Shown here: piece after piece, positions 57,301-64,000 of the stretch
Position numbering within the stretch: position 1 is the first letter of the stretch
How the letters are laid out: the number at the start of each line of letters is the position of its first letter
NCBI GenBank assembly: GCA_963738405.1
Contig: CAVTWJ010000023.1
Coordinates: forward strand, 256,001 to 320,000
Direction: 5' to 3'
DNA: 64,000 bases
From: a candidate division FCPU426 bacterium
GTDB taxonomy: Bacteria > Oederibacteriota > Muellerivitia > Muellerivitales > Muellerivitaceae
Made by a program: the position numbers and the translations under genes
Notes under the pieces: generated by a model
The model's input: only the letters and a program-made list of their open reading frames with translations
What the model was told of the DNA's origin: nothing
Databases searched by the model: none

Positions 57301-57313
57301 TTAGGCCGCTCCT

Positions 57314-57757
57314 TTACCGCGGATAAACGATTCTTTGATCCCCCTGAGTGACCACAACTTTCGAATCCGAAATATCCCCAACAACTCCGTCCACCACTCT
57401 ACCATTTCCGTCTAAAAGCACTCGATCTTTCAAAGTATAACGAACAATCGGGTTTCCTCTCCAGGTAAACAACGCCATACTCGAATCCCCTAATCGGATG
57501 ACGCCATGGTAGTCCAACTCGGACAAGGTCAATTGCGGGGAACGAGTGACGTTATCCAATGGTTTAAATGGGTCCCGCCCATTAAAAGTCGGAATATAAG
57601 GAGCTTGAATAGAAAAATTAATAAACAGCGGCTCCGGAACATCTTGTTGTTGAGCGGTCAGAAGTTGGAAGGAAATCATCAAAGTTAGCAACAATATATA
57701 AAGGATTTCTTTTTTGTAATTTCGAAAGGATTTCATGATTTTCCCTGAATTCCGCAA
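57314..57757 (-). CDS. PilP-like pilus assembly protein
   Basis: GRDPFKPL motif; lies between pilO and pilQ. Confidence 0.7.
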   Translation of the reverse strand: MRNSGKIMKSFRNYKKEILYILLLTLMISFQLLTAQQQDVPEPLFINFSIQAPYIPTFNGRDPFKPLDNVTRSPQLTLSELDYHGVIRLGDSSMALFTWRGNPIVRYTLKDRVLLDGNGRVVDGVVGDISDSKVVVTQGDQRIVYPR

Positions 57758-58284
57758 ATGGTTAATTGGGTAGAAAGGGTAAAGTCGGGTTGGGTCGGAT
57801 CAGCGAAGGGCGTAATGACAATATCCCTTACTGTCAGAAGTTGGCTAGAAACACTTACTTGATAAAGAAAATTCAGCAGCCCTTTATAGCTTGAATTAAA
57901 CCTGACAGTGATGGGAACTTCCACCCACGAATCACGAGTAACATTACTCGCAGAAAATTGAAAATTCGTAGTAACGACATTCGAGTTTTTTTGGACTAGG
58001 TTCACATTTTCCATGAGTTTAATTTTATCGATGGATTGAGGGATTCTGCTTTGAAGCCATTCCAACTCCCGTTGGACAGAATCTTCCCTCTTCTTGAACT
58101 CAACATATTTGGAGACTATTTTCTTCGCTTCATCCAAATCTTTATTCTTTTGATCGAGGGTTGATTGCAACTGAACGATTTCCACATTGATAGGCTTTAG
58201 CATTAATTGATAATAGCCAAAAACAACCATCAAAAAGCCCGCCAGGGCCAATATTAACCATTGATAGGGACGTGTCAATTTCAT
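57733..58284 (-). CDS. pilO: Type IV pilus protein PilO
   Basis: TM, coiled coil, EVPITVRFNSSY..LLNFL; synteny. Confidence 0.88.
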   Translation of the reverse strand: MKLTRPYQWLILALAGFLMVVFGYYQLMLKPINVEIVQLQSTLDQKNKDLDEAKKIVSKYVEFKKREDSVQRELEWLQSRIPQSIDKIKLMENVNLVQKNSNVVTTNFQFSASNVTRDSWVEVPITVRFNSSYKGLLNFLYQVSVSSQLLTVRDIVITPFADPTQPDFTLSTQLTICGIQGKS

Positions 58285-58847
58285 GAGGGAGTATCCACTA
58301 GTTTGGTAATAATTTGAAATTGATGAATCGACTTGTTGTTTCCAACCGCGGCACTTACCGACATCAGGTTCAACGTGGATGCCGTGAAAATACTGCCCGG
58401 TTTTTGGAAAGAATTGTAAAACTCTTCGAGGCTTGCGCCGCTAAAGGAATATCCTTGAAGAGTAAAGGTGCCGTTATCTTTATCTTTACCCTGAGTTATT
58501 CCAGTGAGCCAAACCCCGTCAGGAATTTTCGAGGCGATAACGTCCAAAGCACAAATCGCTTTTCTTTGAGAATCGGTGATAGTTTTGAGTGTTTTTTTTA
58601 TCCCTTCAAGGCTTGTTTCTTTAGCCTGAAGATCTTTAATTTCATTGATTTTTTCTGAATAACTTTTTGATTCCTCATCCACCTGCTGAATCTTATTTTT
58701 CAAGTCGGTTTTGACACCTAAACGCAACCCATAGATCCAAGCCATCATTAACACCAGCAAAAACAACCCGGCCATCACGCAGGCGATAAGGAAAAATTCT
58801 TGTCTTTTTTTCTTTTCTTTTACAGGTATGAGGTTAATTCGAATCAT
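58281..58847 (-). CDS. pilN: Type IV pilus protein PilN
   Basis: MIRINLIP, TM, IPDGVWLT. Confidence 0.92.
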   Translation of the reverse strand: MIRINLIPVKEKKKRQEFFLIACVMAGLFLLVLMMAWIYGLRLGVKTDLKNKIQQVDEESKSYSEKINEIKDLQAKETSLEGIKKTLKTITDSQRKAICALDVIASKIPDGVWLTGITQGKDKDNGTFTLQGYSFSGASLEEFYNSFQKPGSIFTASTLNLMSVSAAVGNNKSIHQFQIITKLVDTPS

Positions 58848-59948
58848 TTAAGGTTCCATCTGCCGCAAGGCCAATCCCAAACAAACCCCCAATTGAAAAT
58901 CTTTTTCAGCCAATTGTTCCGAATCGATACCTTTTCCAACCTCGATATTTCTAAATGGGGCAAAATGCTCAACGGGGATTCCAAGTTTGCTGGCCAAGAA
59001 CCGATTAACATTTTTTAGTTTTGTACTCCCGCCCAGCAAAATCACCCTTTCCACGTTCTTTTTTCGAGACTGGGTTTCATAATAATCAAAAGACCTTCTT
59101 ATTTCGCTCAACAGCTTGTTTAAAACCGGAGTCATCACATCCGACATCCGAAGAACCCGATCATCCTTCTGTGCGGCGCTGGATAAACTAAAATCATCTT
59201 CTTCCATTGAAATCATTCCGTGGGACCTTTTCAGTTCCTCAGCTTCCGAAAATTGTATATTAAATTCTTTTTGAATTTCCTTCGTAAAATCATTTCCCGC
59301 AACAGGGATGTCCCTGGTAAACCGGGTGTTGTTTCCTTCCAAAATATTAATAGTTGTCAAAGAAGCGCCTATATTGATCAAAGCTACTGTCTCATCGTTC
59401 GTTTCGGCTCGATTAACTTCATAAGCATTTTCCAAAGCAAAGGCATCGACATCGATCACCGTTGGGGTTAAACCAGCTGATTTTAGAAGACTCAAATGTT
59501 GATCGACCACATCTACCTTCGCAGCCACCAGCAAAACGTCTAATTTCTTTTGGCCATCCTCTTGAATTTCACCAAGAATTTGGAAGTCCAGCACCACTTG
59601 ATCTAAATTAAGGGGAATATATTGTTCGGCTTCTCTTGGGATAGCTCCCCGCAATTCATCGGCGGTCATAAATGGGAGTTTGACATAACGGATAATGACC
59701 GAATCCCCAGAAAGTGATGTCACAACTCTTTTTGATTTTATCCCATTTTCTTTGAACAATTTTTTGATGACATCGACTAAAACAGGCTTTGAGGATCCTT
59801 GGCCGGCAGCGCCCTGAGCTTCTTTAGGTATTTCTTGGATGCCTAAAGTCATTAAATTCCATTGATTGCCGTTTTTTTTCAGGTGAATAGCCTTAACACT
59901 CGAAGTACCGATATCAAGGCCTACAATAGACTTGGTAAACAAACTCAT
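58848..59948 (-). CDS. pilM: Type IV pilus protein PilM
   Basis: VGLDIGTSSVK, EAEQYIP, DVDAFALEN, EIRRSFDYY, GLALR. Confidence 0.96.
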   Translation of the reverse strand: MSLFTKSIVGLDIGTSSVKAIHLKKNGNQWNLMTLGIQEIPKEAQGAAGQGSSKPVLVDVIKKLFKENGIKSKRVVTSLSGDSVIIRYVKLPFMTADELRGAIPREAEQYIPLNLDQVVLDFQILGEIQEDGQKKLDVLLVAAKVDVVDQHLSLLKSAGLTPTVIDVDAFALENAYEVNRAETNDETVALINIGASLTTINILEGNNTRFTRDIPVAGNDFTKEIQKEFNIQFSEAEELKRSHGMISMEEDDFSLSSAAQKDDRVLRMSDVMTPVLNKLLSEIRRSFDYYETQSRKKNVERVILLGGSTKLKNVNRFLASKLGIPVEHFAPFRNIEVGKGIDSEQLAEKDFQLGVCLGLALRQMEP

Positions 59949-60209
59949 TAGGAAAAACCCCATGTATAGTCGAAATTAAACAAGAACCACAACCAATTGC
60001 TATTATCTATTGTGGAATCAGAAACAGTAAAGAGCAGAAAATGAACCACTGAATAAAATATTAACGTTTTATTGACAATTTATTAAGAACCTGCATTTTT
60101 CCATCAATTTAAAGGGGTATTTCTATAGTTTTAAACTGCCGTATTGCTTAAGAAATCCACTTAATTAATTGTCAAATTTGAGCAATAAAATCAACAGGAA
60201 TAAAGTGAA

Positions 60210-61427
60210 TTAACCCGCCAAGTTACCTAATTCAAACATGGGCATAAACATAGCCACAACAATAAAACCCAGGGTTACCCCCAAAAACACGATTAAAATC
60301 GGCTCAATAATGGAGGTCATTCCCTCAACAGCGGCATCAACTTCTTCTTCATAAAAGTCGGCGATTTTGGAAAGCATGGCATCTAATGCTCCCGTTTCTT
60401 CCCCGACATTAATCATTTGGGTAACCATTGCAGGGAAGACATTGCTTTCTCTTAAAGGCTGGGTCAGGGTCTTACCTTCCCTAACAGAATCCCTTGCGTT
60501 ATTGACCGCCCTTTCCACCACTAAATTTCCGGCTGTTTTTGCCACAGTCTCTAAAGCATCCATGATTGGAACACCCGATTTAATAAGGGTTCCTAAGGTT
60601 CTGGCAAACTTAGCAACTGCGCTTTTTCGTACCAAGACCCCAAAAACAGGTAATTTTAATATCATCAGATCCCAATTATAGGCTCCGGTTTTCGTCTTAC
60701 GCCATAGTGTAACGACAACATAAACAGCAACCAAAAAGGCAAGTAAAAAAACAGCCTTTGCGCTTGAAAGAAAATTACTAAGATCAATAACCAATTGGGT
60801 TGGAAGGGGCAGTTTCGCTCCAAACCCCTTAAACACGTCGGCGAAAGTGGGAACCACTTTGATCATCAAGAAAACCACCACCAAAATGGCAACCGTAAAT
60901 ACCACAATGGGGTACATCATGGCCGATTTAACTTTCCTCGTTACCCCTTCAGCCTTTTCCATGTATTCGGATAATCGTTCGAAAATGATGTCCAAAATAC
61001 CGCCCTGCTCCCCCGCCTTAACCATATTGACGTAGAGAGTGGTAAAGGCTTTCGGATGTTTCGCCATTGCCTCAGACAAAGGAATCCCATTGGCGATATC
61101 GTCTCGAATTTTTGTCATCACATGGCGAAAATCAGGATTTTCAGCCTGTTCCGCCACAATACTCAAACCCTGCATGATGGGGAGCCCGGCGTTAACCATG
61201 GTCGAAAATTGACGGCTAAATACAACGATATCTTTTGTGGTAACTTTACCGCCTTTTTTTGTTAAAGCGGATAGGAAAGTGGCTAGCCCACTAGCGGCAG
61301 ATATGGATGTTACTTCAAGCCTTTTTTGGCGAAGCTCGGATTTTGCGGATGATTCACTATCCGCATCGATGGTCCCTTCAATTATTTTTCCGAGATTATT
61401 TTTGGCTTTGTAAGTAAAGGTGGGCAT
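60210..61427 (-). CDS. pilC: Type IV pilus platform protein
   Basis: FSRQFSTMVNAG, AGEQGG, AMMYP, GEETGALD, IEP. Confidence 0.96.
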   Translation of the reverse strand: MPTFTYKAKNNLGKIIEGTIDADSESSAKSELRQKRLEVTSISAASGLATFLSALTKKGGKVTTKDIVVFSRQFSTMVNAGLPIMQGLSIVAEQAENPDFRHVMTKIRDDIANGIPLSEAMAKHPKAFTTLYVNMVKAGEQGGILDIIFERLSEYMEKAEGVTRKVKSAMMYPIVVFTVAILVVVFLMIKVVPTFADVFKGFGAKLPLPTQLVIDLSNFLSSAKAVFLLAFLVAVYVVVTLWRKTKTGAYNWDLMILKLPVFGVLVRKSAVAKFARTLGTLIKSGVPIMDALETVAKTAGNLVVERAVNNARDSVREGKTLTQPLRESNVFPAMVTQMINVGEETGALDAMLSKIADFYEEEVDAAVEGMTSIIEPILIVFLGVTLGFIVVAMFMPMFELGNLAG

Positions 61428-61447
61428 TTAAGATTCCTCAAGGGCGG

Positions 61448-62512
61448 TCAAATGACACCCTTTACCATGCGTTGCAATTCTTTGGGATCTAAGGTTCGAG
61501 AAAAAATCTCGTTATAGCTCACTAATTGTTTCTGATAGAGTTCAAAAAGAGCTTGATTCATCGTTTGCATCCCATATTCGGTCCCCGTTTGCATCGCAGA
61601 ATAAATTTGATGAATCTTTTCCTCGCGTATTAAATTTCTAACGGCCGCGGTCGGAATGAGTACTTCAACGGAAATAACACGGCCCGAACCATAGGCTTTG
61701 GGCAAGAGTTGTTGAGACAGGACTGCCTGAAGGACGAAGGATATTTGCGCCCGGACCTGCTGCTGCTGGGAGGCGGGAAAAACGTCGATAATGCGGTTGA
61801 TGGTCTGAATGGAATCCACCGTATGCAAGGTGGCGAAAACCAAGTGACCCGTTTCAGCGATAGTCAAAGCCGCATTGATGGTTTCCAAGTCGCGCATTTC
61901 ACCGATGAGAATGACATCCGGGTCTTGCCGCAGCGCGTACTTTAACGCAGAGGTGAAAGAGTGGGTGTCGGTCCCCACTTCCCGTTGATTCACGATTGAG
62001 GACTTGTGCGTGTGAACATATTCAATCGGGTCCTCAATCGTCATGATGTGGTGCTGATGATTGGTGTTAATCCAATCGATCATCGCCGCCAAAGTTGAGG
62101 ATTTTCCGGAGCCGGTAGGTCCGGTCACCAAAACGAGTCCTTTCGGCAATTTAACAATATCTTGCGCCACCGGCGGAAGCTTTAATTCCTCGAAACTCCG
62201 GATGGTGGTTGGAATATTACGCAAGGCGGCCGCAACCGCTCCTCTTTGCTGATAAACGTTCATGCGAACCCGGCCCACGCCCTCTACGCCAAAGGAAACG
62301 TCTAATTCATTGTCTTTTTCAAACTTTTCTTTTTGTTCGTCCGTGAGAATGCTGTAAATCAACTGCTGGGTTGTGTCGGGCCGGAGCTTTTCATATTCCG
62401 TCGGGGTAATAACACCATCCACCCTGAGCATGGGGGGGGCCCCTGCCGTGATATGCAGATCGGAAGCTCCCCGCTCAAACATGAGCCTCAATAACGTGTC
62501 AATATTAACCAT
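61448..62512 (-). CDS. pilT: Type IV pilus retraction ATPase
   Basis: ASDLH, GPTGSGKS, TIEDPIE, ETGHLVFATLHT, AVRNLIRE, GMQT. Confidence 0.97.
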   Translation of the reverse strand: MVNIDTLLRLMFERGASDLHITAGAPPMLRVDGVITPTEYEKLRPDTTQQLIYSILTDEQKEKFEKDNELDVSFGVEGVGRVRMNVYQQRGAVAAALRNIPTTIRSFEELKLPPVAQDIVKLPKGLVLVTGPTGSGKSSTLAAMIDWINTNHQHHIMTIEDPIEYVHTHKSSIVNQREVGTDTHSFTSALKYALRQDPDVILIGEMRDLETINAALTIAETGHLVFATLHTVDSIQTINRIIDVFPASQQQQVRAQISFVLQAVLSQQLLPKAYGSGRVISVEVLIPTAAVRNLIREEKIHQIYSAMQTGTEYGMQTMNQALFELYQKQLVSYNEIFSRTLDPKELQRMVKGVI

Positions 62513-62547
62513 GTTGTCCTCTGCTCCTTGTTATGGATAATGCCTTC

Positions 62548-63999
62548 TTATTCGTCATCTGCATCCGCATGGGCAACTCTTAAAAGTTCCTCGACAGAGG
62601 TTAAACCTTTTAAGACTTTCCTCACCCCGCATTCCCTCAAAGTTTGCATTCCGCCTGCCCGGGCGAGTTTTTTCAATTCTGAGGCGCTTTTACGCTGAAG
62701 AACTCCTTTGCGGAAATCCTCTGTGAGAATCATGACTTCATGAATGGCCATACGACCCTTGTAGCCGGTGTTGGAACAGGTGTTGCAACCCACGCCCCGG
62801 TGAAGCATGGTCGGCTCGGAGGTAGGTTGAAGTCCCAACTCTTCTAATATTTCATTGGTGGCCTCATAGGGCTGTTTACAGTCTTTACAAATGCGGCGCA
62901 AAAGTCTTTGGGCGACCACACAATGAACAGTGGAAGTTATCAAAAATGGTTCCACACCCATATTTCCCATACGGGTCACGGCGCCCGGAGCGTCATTGGT
63001 ATGGAGTGTGGAAAACACCAGGTGGCCCGTCAAGGCCGCATTAATAGCGATTTCGGCCGTTTCCTTGTCGCGGATTTCTCCTACCATGATCACATCCGGA
63101 TCCTGGCGCAAAAAGGACCTCAAACCCGCCGCGAAGGTTAATCCGATGGCGGCCTTCGCATTCACCTGGTTAATGCCGGGCAGGTTGTATTCCACCGGAT
63201 CTTCAATGGTGGAAATATTGGTATCAGGGTCGTTGATGTAATGCAGGGCGGAATAAAGCGTCGTGGATTTTCCGGAACCGGTAGGCCCCGTCACCAGTAC
63301 AAGCCCATAGGGTTCCACAATGGCTTTTTCAAATTTGGGCAGGACGTCATCCTCGAAACCCAGTTTCGGAAGATCCAAGGAGAGGTTGGAGGAATCCAAG
63401 ATACGCATGACGATCTTTTCGCCGAATTGGACGGGGCAAATTGAAACACGAAGATCGATTTCTTTTCCTAAAACCTTAATCTTAATACGGCCATCCTGTG
63501 GAAGACGTCGCTCGGCGATATCCAGGGAAGCCATAATTTTAAGGCGTGAAGAGATTGCCGCGGACAAAGACTTCGGAGGCGACTGAACCTCATGTAAAAC
63601 GCCGTCAATACGATACCGGCAGCGAAGGCTCTTTTCATAAGGTTCAATGTGAATATCACTAGCGCCCGAACGAACCGCTTCCGTTAGGACAAGATTGACC
63701 AAACGCACAACCGGGGCATCCTCCCCGGCCGCCTCCAGCTTGGAAATATCTAATTCTTCCGCTTTTTCTTCCATCACTTCCAGGTTGTTGTCACCGCCCA
63801 TGGAATTAATGATTTCCTGCATGTCCCCGCCGGCTTCCCCGCCGCCCGAGGCTCCGGCCGTTCCCCCGCCCGTTCCGTAATACTTCGCGTGCATGGCTTT
63901 GATTTCGGTTTCACTGGCGATAGCCGGCTCCACCTCGAAACCGGTCATCATTTTGATATCGTCAATGGCGAAAACATTGAGTGGATCGGCCATAGCCAC
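62548..63999 (-). CDS. pilB: Type IV pilus extension ATPase (5' end outside the window)
   Basis: ASDIHIEP, RLPQDG, GPTGSGKST, LRQDPD, CxxC pairs, GYKGR. Confidence 0.96.
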   Translation of the reverse strand: MAMADPLNVFAIDDIKMMTGFEVEPAIASETEIKAMHAKYYGTGGGTAGASGGGEAGGDMQEIINSMGGDNNLEVMEEKAEELDISKLEAAGEDAPVVRLVNLVLTEAVRSGASDIHIEPYEKSLRCRYRIDGVLHEVQSPPKSLSAAISSRLKIMASLDIAERRLPQDGRIKIKVLGKEIDLRVSICPVQFGEKIVMRILDSSNLSLDLPKLGFEDDVLPKFEKAIVEPYGLVLVTGPTGSGKSTTLYSALHYINDPDTNISTIEDPVEYNLPGINQVNAKAAIGLTFAAGLRSFLRQDPDVIMVGEIRDKETAEIAINAALTGHLVFSTLHTNDAPGAVTRMGNMGVEPFLITSTVHCVVAQRLLRRICKDCKQPYEATNEILEELGLQPTSEPTMLHRGVGCNTCSNTGYKGRMAIHEVMILTEDFRKGVLQRKSASELKKLARAGGMQTLRECGVRKVLKGLTSVEELLRVAHADADDE

Positions 64000-64000
64000 G

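Overview
Bacterial chromosomal segment from a diderm organism (type IV pilus secretin, outer-membrane beta-barrels, EnvC/FtsEX). Gene order resembles deltaproteobacteria (tilS-ftsH-folE-folP-cdaA-cdaR-pdxJ; pilMNOPQ-aroCKB-TPR-roadblock), but the taxon cannot be fixed from sequence alone. Nearly all genes are on the minus strand and are housekeeping: T4P machinery, shikimate, folate/one-carbon, vitamin B6, tRNA/rRNA modification, cell division, alaS, glmS and three tRNAs. The accessory signals are: (1) five dispersed copies of a ~95-110 bp intergenic hairpin element with inverted arms built from 8-nt CACCAAGN units around unrelated spacers, whose G-T wobbles are strand-polarised per copy, and one of which appears to supply the envC ribosome-binding site; (2) an integrase-less islet at ~26.1-30.1 kb with a UDG-fold-like gene coupled to an exported protein, an orphan ParB-like gene carrying a palindrome repeated downstream, a second REP-like hairpin and an RHH/MazF toxin-antitoxin pair; (3) three tandem paralogous outer-membrane proteins behind a near-consensus sigma70 promoter and a ~260-nt highly structured leader. 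Some starts were moved from the ORF track using RBS, signal-peptide or stop/start-overlap evidence. All family assignments come from motif recognition by eye; no searches were run.
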